Below, one piece after another: positions 12,920 through 23,077 of a DNA stretch of 47,832 bases. Under the pieces are notes generated by a model. That model did no database searches, was not told where the DNA came from, and was given only the letters and a program-made list of their open reading frames with translations. Location: positions 1-47,832 of the forward strand of contig NKIB01014085.1 in the NCBI GenBank assembly GCA_002256025.1. The letters are read 5' to 3'. Within the stretch, counting starts at the first letter, position 1; each line of letters begins with the position of its first letter. The translations under genes and the position numbers were made by a program. This stretch comes from Asterionella formosa. Lineage: Eukaryota.

Positions 12920-14070
12920 ACCCCATTGCAGAATGGTGAGTCTTACAACTGAGTATCAGCCAGTCGATTAAAATTGGTCTGTCTCTTGTGCACCCTCGTT
13001 GTGTTTGTACTTGACTTGGCAACTGTCAGCCAAGAGCAGCCATGGCATGGCACCATCTATTGTCTGCTCGAATTTTCGAATGCATTCAGCTATGATAACT
13101 TTTGCTCCCCCCTCCTAAACACTATCTCACCACCGCCCTTGTCATAGATTTTCTTTATCCTTGCTTTGGCTTCACAGGCCCAGGTTACTTCATGCCTTCA
13201 TCTGCAAGGAGTTCAGCCAAGCAGGTCCACGTTGGCGTCAAGAAAACCTCAACCCCGATTTTCCTCACATGCTCCACCCATCGAATTCTTCATTGATGAA
13301 GTCAATGGAGCTATATTGACGACATCAGGTGGCGCAGGCTTGTGTATAGATTGATGATGCTGAAAGCATTGCTTCCTTTTCCGGTAGGTACCTATTTGTC
13401 AACATTCTTTTTTGGGTCAATCTATTCTTGTTCCCGCAAGGAGACCAGAAGCAATTATCCCTTTACTTCTCCTCCCAAGAACCTTCATTTCTCTTTCACA
13501 ATTGTCCAGATTTTTGCAGAGCATTTTTAGTTCCTTTTTGATTTTTCCACTGGTTTCGATCCCTTTTGCATTTAAGTCAAGAAACAAGCAACTCATTGAG
13601 ATTTCTGGAGGTTTTGGTCAGTGGCACCATAAAGCAACAATCAACAGGTCATGGCGACTGTTCTCCATTTTTTGTAGCAAGTGACATTCAAGAAGGGACT
13701 GGGATCATTGGGGAGAGAAATTATTAGGATTCTCTGTGTTTGCCCCCGCCCGTTTGGCAGCCATTCTACCATGATTGCTTCCTTTCAATCAATACTAGCT
13801 AGTATAGCTAATGAAAACCGTAATTAGATGAAATGTGACTTCCGGTTTCTAATATTTTACATTTTGGTACTACTGAAACTTGAATCCATAAATGGGCATT
13901 CAACTTGTGCTTGCTTCTTGCATTTTTGCAGTATAGACTGGCTGGTGTTCGATAGGCCAAGCAAAGTGTCTTGCTTTTCATGAACATCTACAAGGTAATA
14001 GTGCCTTTGTCGAGGTTTGTGTCTAAATCCAACTGCTGCCATCCATTGAAATATTCCAGATACATCAAAG
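12920..14070 (-). mobile_element. Highly decayed, internally deleted IS630/Tc1-mariner-like transposase remnant
   Basis: Minus-strand peptides in order: WMAAVGFRHKPRQRHYYLVDVHEK (cf. W..LGF.Y..RKK.YYVDGHE); EG.WEEK / KG...VSLREQE.IDP; SLRHLMS..DFINEE; HVRKIGVEVFLTPTWTCLAELLADEGMK*PG (cf. GV.V..TPK.H.ELAGEG.EY.WG); CIRKF; LI..L...CKTHHSAM. The central catalytic segment appears to be missing. Confidence 0.65.
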
Positions 14071-14519
14071 AATAGCTACGCTCCTGTCTTAAAAGGTAAG
14101 GAGCTAGAATGATGACAAAGAAAATCTAATGAGACATGAAAATTTCGAAACCAGAATCACTCTGTTACTATAAATAGACAGTCTCATGCTTCTTTGTGTA
14201 TATCGCCTGCTATGCTGCGTTTCAATTCTAGATGTATTATGTTCTCGTAACAGACACGATGTAACATAGAAGTAGATTGTTCTGTTCTATTATGAATGTT
14301 GTTTACTATGATTGAGGTTGTAACAATGATCGATGCTCTGGTGACAGACCGGAAATATTAGCCATTTCGTTTTCATTGGATTTCTTTTCAAGCTCTTAAC
14401 GGATTGCATAGTACGAACATACTGTGCAATGTAGATGATGATTCATCGAAGACATATGATGACTTGAATGACAAATGGAGATTTTATCACAAACACTCGT
14501 TCCTCTCAACAAGGCTGGT

Positions 14520-14797
14520 TTGTCGTTGTTGCAAGAATCAGAGTGAGGACTGGCGAGGATGATGAGCCAAACGACATTACTCTAACAACTGGTACATTAT
14601 CCTACCAAGAAATTTAAATAAAGAAACCTAAAAGAAACAATACATATAATAATTCAATTTCCATAGTCAAAAGGGTTACTATTTAAATTATGAGGGCATT
14701 TATCAAAATTATTAGATGATACAACGAAAAATCATGATCAGATGATCATAATCCTATGATGCATCATGGAAATATGATGGTTTTTATTTGCAGACAT
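14520..14797. repeat. Third, partial copy of the 640-bp repeat unit
   Basis: Aligns with ~11730-12004 (…GGTACATTATCCTACCAAGAAATT…TAGTCAAAAGGGTTACTATTT…TTTATTTGCAGACAT). Identity stops abruptly at 14797. Confidence 0.88.
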
Positions 14798-15290
14798 TCC
14801 CGCCTACAGGATGTCCAACTATGGATGGGCGCCCACCGCCTTCAACCTCTCACCTTCCCCCTCCCTGACCTGGCGTGGGCAACCTTCGCCACCCTCTCTT
14901 TCACCAACCAGAAAAATGGTGTCCGGGGCGAAGTTATTGGCCATGACCTTAAAATCCTGCCATTCAACTGGTGAGACCAAAACGGAGACACCCACAGTCT
15001 CCCCCTCCTTGGATACAGTGATCAGGCCATCCCACCAGAGGCACTGATCAGCAAAACAATCCTCACCTGAATTAGCTCGGAAACCCACCCAGGCCCACCC
15101 TCGCTCAACATTTACCCCTTGGGCAAATTTAGAAGTAACGGTTCTTGGATAGAATGATCAGGCCATCCCACCCAAGGCACTGATCAACAGAACAATCCTC
15201 ACCCAAATTAGCTCGGAAACCCACCTAGGGCCACCCTGGCTCAACATTTGCCCCTTGGCAAATTTAGAAGTAACGGTTCCCCGAGGGACC
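14798..15290 (+). mobile_element. Fragment of a tyrosine-recombinase (DIRS/Ngaro-type) retroelement
   Basis: Abrupt C-rich segment encoding RLQDVQLWMG...ATFATLSFTNQKNGVRGEVIGH, resembling the 'TLTF..QKNG.RG' motif of YR-retrotransposon recombinases, followed by 136-bp direct repeats. Confidence 0.6.
15008..15279. repeat. Two tandem 136-bp direct repeats
   Basis: CTTGGATA...TGATCAGGCCATCCCACC...GCAAATTTAGAAGTAACGGTTC at 15008 and 15144. Confidence 0.92.
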
Positions 15291-16090
15291 CCAGTAAATA
15301 GCCGTTACCACCACCACATGTAACAATGGTATAGGAGTGAATGAATAGTCTTTGCGGCTAGTGCCGCCTAGTAGATACAAGTACTGCATTGAAATATTTT
15401 CCTTCCTCATCAGCCAGAAGCAAGATTGTTTTATAAGGAACAATTCGATCAAATGTGGCTATACAGCTCCGAGTATAATAATTTACATTTCAACGGAAAC
15501 GCAACGTCGCACTGTGTCTTGTGAGTATTGTTAATATCAATCCGAAATTTGGAAAAGGAAATGGCTGTCACGATCCAGTAGATTATTGGACTCTGAAAAG
15601 ACTGTATCTACCGGTAATAATGCTACAGTACATACCGGTAGTCGCAGACAAGGCTTTGGCTGGGCAGGCTACTGGTGTCCTGGTTCTTCATATTATTTTA
15701 GTTCACACAAAATGTTGTTTAGCAGGTGTTTTCGAGTTGCTACATAGGTACCGGTATTCTGTTACAATAACGGCATGTAGAACATCACCATTTTATGTAC
15801 GTATCCATGATCAATAAACAAAGAGGGTAAATAAATTTTATGTTCATGATGTGTAAAAGCAGAGGGCAAATGATAGGTTCAGGTACCGGTATATTTATTC
15901 CTGGGTATGCAATTTATTTCTGTACTGTAATAAGACATACGCTCACTTTTTTACAATCATTCGCACTTAAGCTCAAAATTTTACAAACCAAGGCGAGGTG
16001 CGCCGTTTTGGTGAATCATTGGGACCCAAGCTGCTCTGTTTTTTCTTCGTCAAGCTTTGTTGCCAGTGCAAGCTGCTGTTATTTACTCTC

Positions 16091-19000
16091 ATGGCTCCTG
16101 CAATTAATAGACTTGATCCAGTTTTCGAGGCTCCGGTGACTCCTGTGATTTCGCCGTCTGGGGTGACAAATTCAACAAGTCGACCCAAGTCTCCTCGAAC
16201 AACTGATCATCACAAGGTGAAACTGAAATACATGGGATTTTTTGCTGCAGAGCATTTCTCTGCAGTGTCGAAGTCATCGAGGGACTCACCACAGTTGCAG
16301 CCGACACCGGAACTAGGCAGAACGCGAGGACGAGCAGCGATGGGAACGTTTGGTGGACCCTTTCTGCCACCTCAGTTTAATCTCTCAGATCTCAACTGCA
16401 AATCGAAAAACCAGACGCCACGATCTGGTGAAGCGACGACGACGAGGACGAGGACTAGCAAAGATACGATTCAAAATGTTAAGTCGTCAGCATTTTTGCC
16501 CGCACTTTCAGTATTTGCTCGGACAGACGTCAAGGAGATATCTATCAAGAATTCAAAGACTACAAATGCATTTCCTACCCCCGCCGACATGAGACGCTCG
16601 TTTCAAGATTGTACGAGAAACGCAAGGTCGTCGAGTCCACCGAAAGTGTCATCTATTCGAGGATGCATGAATGCGACCACTGAGAAGAAGAGGCAATTGA
16701 ATAGCTGCGCGGTGGATACTTTCAATATCTATGAAAACGAATGCGAATCACGGCGACGGTTCCGGGGCAGAAATCGCGGCGCTGATCGCGCCTTTTTCGT
16801 TGATGCTGTTACTGAAGCTGCGAGTGAAGCACCCGTTGTTATTAACAAAGTGCACTCCATTGCTTCTAGCTTGACATCGGCAACGAAAGAGTCGACAATC
16901 GAAGTAGAAGAGAAATTGTCGCCTGCTGGGCCTTGCGAAGAGACTATCCGAGAGCGCACAAGAAGGTACCCCGATGCAGCGCTTATCAAAAATCCTATCG
17001 ACGCTCGACTCGAGGAAATGATTCGTCAGTCACCGGTGGAGGAAGACCCAGAATTTATTCCTGCAAGTCTGACCGAAGATGAATCCCCAAAAGGCTTGCG
17101 ACAATTACGACTTCAGCTCTTCCAGAATAATCACAACGATGCGACGGTTCCGAAAGCAAGGTTGTCGCGAGCACTCACTGAGTTAAGCATTCAAGATGGG
17201 GCAATTCTAAATTTACAGCAAGAGTTAAACAACGTATCAGGTGCACTCGACAAATCACAGGAGACTATTCGAGAAACAGAGGAGATAACGCAGAGGCATG
17301 AGAAAGCATTGAATGACCTTAAGACACTAGCTGAGCAAGAAAGGCGATCTCTTGAGATCAAGCTTCTATCAGAAACGGAAGAGAATGCAAAGTTGCATGG
17401 CAAAGTGAATGCCTTACAAGTGGAAATGTCGCGCTTACGTACTGCTCTTCGAACGTCGAAAACCGACTTGGCAAAGCAGAGTCAACGATGGACCGAAACT
17501 AGAGCGGTAGCAGACAATCGTTCAGATGCTCGTTTGTCGTTTACAGATACGAACGAACCCTCAAGTCCAATTGAGTCTGCAATATTAACTGCATTGAAAG
17601 CCGAAGTGATTCAATTAAAGTCACAGCTAGCAAACGTGACAGCATCACAATCCATCGCTTCAAATGTTGATACATCACCAAATATTCCCAGTCCCACTCG
17701 ATCTCAAAGCCCAGGTGACCGGAACGCATCGTCCAGGACGGAATTGGTTTGTCTCCGTCTTAAGTTGAGTCGCGCCGAACATGCCCTGAGTAATTTGAAA
17801 TCAAAACAGCAAACGCTGAAGTCATCAAATAGTGTCGATCAAGTCGAGAAAGAACTTGTAGAAGCTCTTGCGAAGTCTAGAGAAGAGACAGCTCGTGCCG
17901 TTGCCAAGGAGGGCGAACTTCGTAAATCTCTCGACTCCACCATGACAGAGCTCGAGAACATCAAGAAATTTCTAATTGATGAGAGCAAAAAGGCCTCAGC
18001 AGACAGAACGAACCTAAGTTCGCGTCTTGCCTTTGCCCAAGAGGAAGCTGAACGCGCTTCCTCGAAAGCAATGGAGGAGCTCAATGAGCTTCGAAACGAT
18101 GCAGAAGAACTGCGTATTGAAGTCACAACATTGACAGAGCAATTGACTGAAGCGAGACAGGAAGCTAAAAATGTTGCTGATGAACGGGCATCGGAGAAGG
18201 CAGAATTCGTTAGCAAGTTGCATTTGAGCAGTAAAGCAAATCAGGCATTGTCAGATGCTGTCGAAAAGTTGAAAGCGAAGGTAGCAAGGGCTGAAGTAGC
18301 GGCAGATGAATCGCCCGCGACGGAAAATGAGATTTCAGATTATAGTCAGGTGCGACGAAATGTGAAAAGACGTATCGACGACGAGGTGATGTCCGAGGAA
18401 ATTAATTCGCTTTCCGAGTCTCCCTCAATAAAGACGCTTATTGCTCAGCTTGAAGAGACCCGAGGTCACGAAAGGAGTTTGCGGGGGGAAGTGTTTGTAT
18501 TGAAGGGTTTGCTCAAGCAGGCTGAAGCGAGAGTCTTGGATGTCAATATGGGTACAAATATCAATGATAAAACACTTGATAAGACGGAACAAACGCTGTC
18601 ATCACAAGTTGATAAGCTCAGTGCTATTCTCGCCTCTCACGAGTCAAGGGCAATGATAGCAACCGAAGTGCAAGACGTTGGCGTCTTGAAGGCACGTGAA
18701 ACAGCTTTGGACGCTGAGGTTATGTTTCTCAGAGCTTGTTTAGAAAGCGCTGAAGCTGAGATAAAGGAAGAGAAAGCGCGAGCGGAAGTTGAGAGAGGCA
18801 TTGCCAAGGGGAATGAATTGAAAATGAGGGAAGAAATGAAGAAACTTGAGTTGGAAATTGAAAACTCACACGACAAGAAGGCCGAGCGCGAACTGCAAGG
18901 AAAGGTTGCACTTTTGAGAGTGCAACTCAAGACTGCCGAGGGTGAAGTTTCGCGTGTGAGAAATGAAGCCGTGACACATGCTCTTAGAAGTGATTTATCC

Positions 19001-19804
19001 ATGAGTAAGCTCAGTAGTGAGATGGGTTTGATGTCAGCAAAGTTATCTGCTGCGCACAAACCGGCGAATGAGACTTCGCTAGACATAGCTCCTTCCTACA
19101 TATCGAATGTTAGTTCGCTGACGCACTGGGATCTTTCACCAATTCGAGCAAATTCGAGCAATGAGCTGCAAGGGCCTTATTCACCGCCAAAGATTAGTAA
19201 ATTGACATCTCATGGTTCCCTCTGTTCCTTGATGAACAGGCTGGATGAAGCACGTTCAACGGATGAATCGTCTACTAGACCACTTCATTCACCTTCTTCG
19301 AATGCACGTCAAATTAAACAGCTCCGCAATAATGATCCTATCGCGACAGTAAATGCTGATCAGGGGTTTCGCACTTCTATGAAATGCGATGATTTTCTTA
19401 GCGAAATTCCACGAGGGGAGGTTGTTGAGAATATCATCGATGATCCTGAAGAAAAATGTAGTACATTGGATCGTTTTGACATCGATGGTCTTCAAGCACG
19501 AATGCGTGAATCAAGTAAGCGTCTCACAGACGCAACGTTTAAGCTCAAGGGCTTGGTCATCGCTAGCGATGAATTAAAAGATGGTCAGAAGAAGACTCAA
19601 GCGAGGGCCAACCATTTGTCTGCTATTGCCAATCGACTGTCGCCGATTAAAGATTCTCTGAAGAAGCCTCGGATAGTGTCTCCAGACGAGAAGCTTGAAA
19701 TCAAAAGGGCGAACACTCCAAGAACCAACGATGTTCTAGAAAAGTATCGAAAGTACAAAGAGAGCAGAATGAGTCCAGACAGAAAGTCGACGTCGAGCAC
19801 TTAG
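16091..19804 (+). CDS. Large coiled-coil protein (~1237 aa), disordered N-terminus, unknown function
   Basis: Uninterrupted ORF; first ATG at 16091 (MAPAINRL). Long E/K/L/A-rich heptad regions flanked by S/P/T-rich segments. Confidence 0.85.
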   Translation: MAPAINRLDPVFEAPVTPVISPSGVTNSTSRPKSPRTTDHHKVKLKYMGFFAAEHFSAVSKSSRDSPQLQPTPELGRTRGRAAMGTFGGPFLPPQFNLSDLNCKSKNQTPRSGEATTTRTRTSKDTIQNVKSSAFLPALSVFARTDVKEISIKNSKTTNAFPTPADMRRSFQDCTRNARSSSPPKVSSIRGCMNATTEKKRQLNSCAVDTFNIYENECESRRRFRGRNRGADRAFFVDAVTEAASEAPVVINKVHSIASSLTSATKESTIEVEEKLSPAGPCEETIRERTRRYPDAALIKNPIDARLEEMIRQSPVEEDPEFIPASLTEDESPKGLRQLRLQLFQNNHNDATVPKARLSRALTELSIQDGAILNLQQELNNVSGALDKSQETIRETEEITQRHEKALNDLKTLAEQERRSLEIKLLSETEENAKLHGKVNALQVEMSRLRTALRTSKTDLAKQSQRWTETRAVADNRSDARLSFTDTNEPSSPIESAILTALKAEVIQLKSQLANVTASQSIASNVDTSPNIPSPTRSQSPGDRNASSRTELVCLRLKLSRAEHALSNLKSKQQTLKSSNSVDQVEKELVEALAKSREETARAVAKEGELRKSLDSTMTELENIKKFLIDESKKASADRTNLSSRLAFAQEEAERASSKAMEELNELRNDAEELRIEVTTLTEQLTEARQEAKNVADERASEKAEFVSKLHLSSKANQALSDAVEKLKAKVARAEVAADESPATENEISDYSQVRRNVKRRIDDEVMSEEINSLSESPSIKTLIAQLEETRGHERSLRGEVFVLKGLLKQAEARVLDVNMGTNINDKTLDKTEQTLSSQVDKLSAILASHESRAMIATEVQDVGVLKARETALDAEVMFLRACLESAEAEIKEEKARAEVERGIAKGNELKMREEMKKLELEIENSHDKKAERELQGKVALLRVQLKTAEGEVSRVRNEAVTHALRSDLSMSKLSSEMGLMSAKLSAAHKPANETSLDIAPSYISNVSSLTHWDLSPIRANSSNELQGPYSPPKISKLTSHGSLCSLMNRLDEARSTDESSTRPLHSPSSNARQIKQLRNNDPIATVNADQGFRTSMKCDDFLSEIPRGEVVENIIDDPEEKCSTLDRFDIDGLQARMRESSKRLTDATFKLKGLVIASDELKDGQKKTQARANHLSAIANRLSPIKDSLKKPRIVSPDEKLEIKRANTPRTNDVLEKYRKYKESRMSPDRKSTSST

Positions 19805-20991
19805 ACTGTCAGTGGCCATTGACTAAGTAGGGGTACCCCAATATGTAGCGAAAGGGACAGAAAGATAGAATCAACAATTGGCACTAGCAAGTTTAAAAGT
19901 TAGTCACTATGATTTTGGTTCGTACGTTTCTGAGACCTACATTGTAGGCATGGTGTAATCACCATTGCTCAAAGGCCTCCTTTAGACGAAAAAAATGTTC
20001 CAGGACTGCTCTGGCCCTAGAAATGCCAGGTAAGATCGCAGTCAGCTTTAGTATACGCAGTCAATGAATTTATGCTAGATAGCGAGTCCTTTGTTGATCC
20101 AACGTAGTGTCTTGACAAACCTCGCCAAATGGCTTCGAGCATCTAAACGATTTCGCCGAACGGTAGCGTATTCTTTTGTTAACATATTCTTGTGTTATCG
20201 GATATCAATCTTCGCGAGAGCTTTGAATTATTTGATAGCTTCGTGTTCAAGCATCTGAGTGAGTGGTCCAGGCCAAGACTGTGATTGATCGATTTGCTTT
20301 AGGGGTTAAGTCCACTTTCGTTTTCGGCTACCTCCGGCCGGCGACACATCGTCTGGATTGATTGCACCTTGCACCGAAATCTGGGAGCTATTCTAACGGG
20401 AAGACAAGGATGCTTCCGCAGCGTCCAATGCTTGAATTCAAAGAAATCCTCAAGGTGCGCAGCATCAAAATAAATACTGTATTGTGCTAGCTCAGACTCT
20501 GCCGGATCATTTTCCACCTAGCATGACATCGCTGCTTTCGATGCCGTCCGTGCAAGGCCCGGCGTCACATAAGCAGAAGATCTGTGACAACAGTATTGAT
20601 TATTAACATTGGATCTGCTCATCTGTGATTGTCAAGGATTTCAGTGTATCAACAAATCTTTCGATCATTACCTGGTAGGAATACGGGTACCAGGTACCCC
20701 TGGTACCAGCTACAATGAGTGCTACGACATCCTTGGATGTAGTTACCGGTAGTAACGGTATGTGTCTACAACAACACAATTCTTGGTACATACCAAAATA
20801 GCAGCATTCCCCCTTTATGGGAGTTTTGTATTAACCCGAAATGGGATCAACCTTATCAAGGTGAAATCACGCAAATAAAGGGTGAGCGAACATCATTTGC
20901 TGTTACAATTCACAATTCATTCGTTCGTTCGTTCAACTGGGTCTTGGTGATTCTCCTTCCGACACCACTCTATACCGCTAGCAGCATCAGT

Positions 20992-22047
20992 ATGCCGCCC
21001 TTGTTTCGGATCAAGTCGTGTTGGTCTAAAGCAGGCATCGGAACATGTACAGTTATCCAACACAACGCGGGTCCTTCCTTGGTGTTGGACCTTGGCGCAA
21101 CTCCCAACTATGGCGACGCACTTCAGGCTAGTGTCGTCTTGCTAACCCATGGTCATTTGGATCACGTTGGTGCCATATTTTCCCATGCTCGGGCCTATGC
21201 GCTCCAACACAGCGGGGTTTCTGCCACCTACTATGCACCTTTGGATCTGGTGCCCTTGTTGCAGCGTGCCAAGGAATGTTTGGAAGCGCTGGATTCAGAG
21301 AATGATAGAACAGGCCCAAACAAGGGAGGATTACCAATGCAGTTCATTGGAGTAAAGCCAGGAGATGAGTTTTTTCTGCCAATTAAGAAACGTTTGAACG
21401 GAGATACTATTTTTGTACGTGTTTTTCAAACATTTCATGGAGGTTCTCCGTCTGTTGGATACGTCGTTGGGGTTAGAAAAAGGTCCACTTTGAAGAAACA
21501 ATATGTCGGAATGACAAGCGACGAGTTGAAAGAACTAACTAGTCGCAACTTAGATATCAAAGAATCCATCGAAACTTTAGAAGTAGCCTACACTGGAGAT
21601 ACCACGGTTGAAACCTTCGACCAAGCCCCTGATACCCGAAGCGGTTTGCACTTGGAACAAGCCTATCAGTGCCACTACTTTTTGACGGAAACGACCATGC
21701 TCGATGATGTTTCAAGAACCAGGGTCCATAGCATAGGGCACATGCACCTGTTGGATGTGGTGGATGCTGTGGTTCCCCGGGTGTGCCACCATCTCGTCTT
21801 GCTGCATGTGAGTGCTCGGTACGATGCATCCACAGCCATGGGGTGGATAGCGGATGCCATACCATCCGATTTGCCCTGTAGTGTAGCAATTGCGTCGTTG
21901 GATCGAGTGCATCAGAATTTTGGTGGAATGGTTTCCAATAATGGACTCTTGCTAGTGTCGGCATACAAGGAACAACAGAATCAAAAAGGGCAAGATAGAG
22001 AAGCAACAAAGCCTAGTAGTAATGATATTCCTAGCGAAACATTATAG
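20992..22047 (+). CDS. Short-form tRNase Z (metallo-beta-lactamase fold, TM/plant TRZ1-like type)
   Basis: THGHLDH (HxHxDH), TFH..SVGY, LKKQYVGM flexible-arm motif, YTGDT, LTETT, GHMH and LLHVSARY. ATG at 20992. Confidence 0.85.
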   Translation: MPPLFRIKSCWSKAGIGTCTVIQHNAGPSLVLDLGATPNYGDALQASVVLLTHGHLDHVGAIFSHARAYALQHSGVSATYYAPLDLVPLLQRAKECLEALDSENDRTGPNKGGLPMQFIGVKPGDEFFLPIKKRLNGDTIFVRVFQTFHGGSPSVGYVVGVRKRSTLKKQYVGMTSDELKELTSRNLDIKESIETLEVAYTGDTTVETFDQAPDTRSGLHLEQAYQCHYFLTETTMLDDVSRTRVHSIGHMHLLDVVDAVVPRVCHHLVLLHVSARYDASTAMGWIADAIPSDLPCSVAIASLDRVHQNFGGMVSNNGLLLVSAYKEQQNQKGQDREATKPSSNDIPSETL

Positions 22048-22713
22048 CGGACTCACATAACCTCCCTGAGCTTGCGCTACTATTGCCTCCAAAAGCTTCA
22101 TAGATGGATTGGTTGGAAACAGAATCCCAAGAGCTGCGGTACCCGTAATGAATGAGAAGAACGCCCATCCAATGGCCAAATCTTTCCTTCCCGCTTGAAC
22201 CGACTTGAGAAATGCTGCTTCGTCAAACTTATTCTTGTCGCCTCTCCATGAGTCAATAATTTTCTCGCAAACTTGCCTTTCAGCAAAGGCTGTCCCACCT
22301 GCGAGTGCCACAAAGAGCGTATCGCCAACAGGGCCTTCACACTTGAACTTTTTGTTCAACTCCTCTTGAGTCAACCACGCCTCGACACAGAGCGGACTGG
22401 ATGTGTCGTAATTGGCCTTTTCTTGAATAGGTGATTCCCCTTGTCCCCCAAAGGCCCGATGCCTAGGTCGAATAGACCCTGGTCGCAAGGGAGGCTTCGT
22501 CCAGCCCAAGTCCTTGACGGACTTGATGGTGGAAGCAATTTTGGCCGCCTTTGCTTCGACTCCGTCGTTCCATCCGCCGGTGAACAAATCAGCGTGTAGT
22601 GCCGAGGAGAATGTGACACTACGACGTTGTATTGGAGAAGAAAATCCAAACGTGGTCGTGAGGCAACATGTGAAGAAGATCAAGGAACAGCAGCGGATGA
22701 ACTGGATCGACAT
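22042..22713 (-). CDS. Putative plastid-targeted membrane protein, 223 aa
   Basis: Signal peptide ending TTTFG|F (ASAFAP-like, Phe at +1), S/R-rich transit peptide and C-terminal hydrophobic helix (LAIGWAFFSFITGTAALGILF). Confidence 0.75.
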   Translation of the reverse strand: MSIQFIRCCSLIFFTCCLTTTFGFSSPIQRRSVTFSSALHADLFTGGWNDGVEAKAAKIASTIKSVKDLGWTKPPLRPGSIRPRHRAFGGQGESPIQEKANYDTSSPLCVEAWLTQEELNKKFKCEGPVGDTLFVALAGGTAFAERQVCEKIIDSWRGDKNKFDEAAFLKSVQAGRKDLAIGWAFFSFITGTAALGILFPTNPSMKLLEAIVAQAQGGYVSPL

Positions 22714-23077
22714 GATGGTAACTTTTGTCTGCGTGTGTTGTAATAATTTTTGTATGTAACAACATAGCGGTACCTCGTTGCCTGGCCTTTTGTTCTAATG
22801 AATCATTTATTTACACGTCACCATGTTATTTATTCGAAGAATTACACCATCATAAACCGGTATAATAAATGACGTGATGTTTCCTGTCGCTCTGTACATA
22901 TATAAATATTATAAGATTTCCTTGCGGTGCAACAGACTGTGGTTAAAATTTAAAAATTTACCATGTCGAACTGGTACCGGTAACTAGCTATTTGATTCCA
23001 CCAAAAGAATGCTGCAAACGCACAACACGCCGTGAAATCAGCATTTTCCTTGTAAACGTCACTCACCTTTGACCTTC

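Noticed and set aside
15998..16090. Upstream non-ATG starts given by the ORF track (also 20944, 23069, 30787)
   Set aside because: These are GTG/TTG starts from a prokaryotic-style caller; the first in-frame ATG was used instead.
19920..20580. Coding-like minus-strand sequence between the coiled-coil gene and tRNase Z
   Set aside because: Stops in all frames and no recognisable motif; it may be a decayed gene but cannot be supported.
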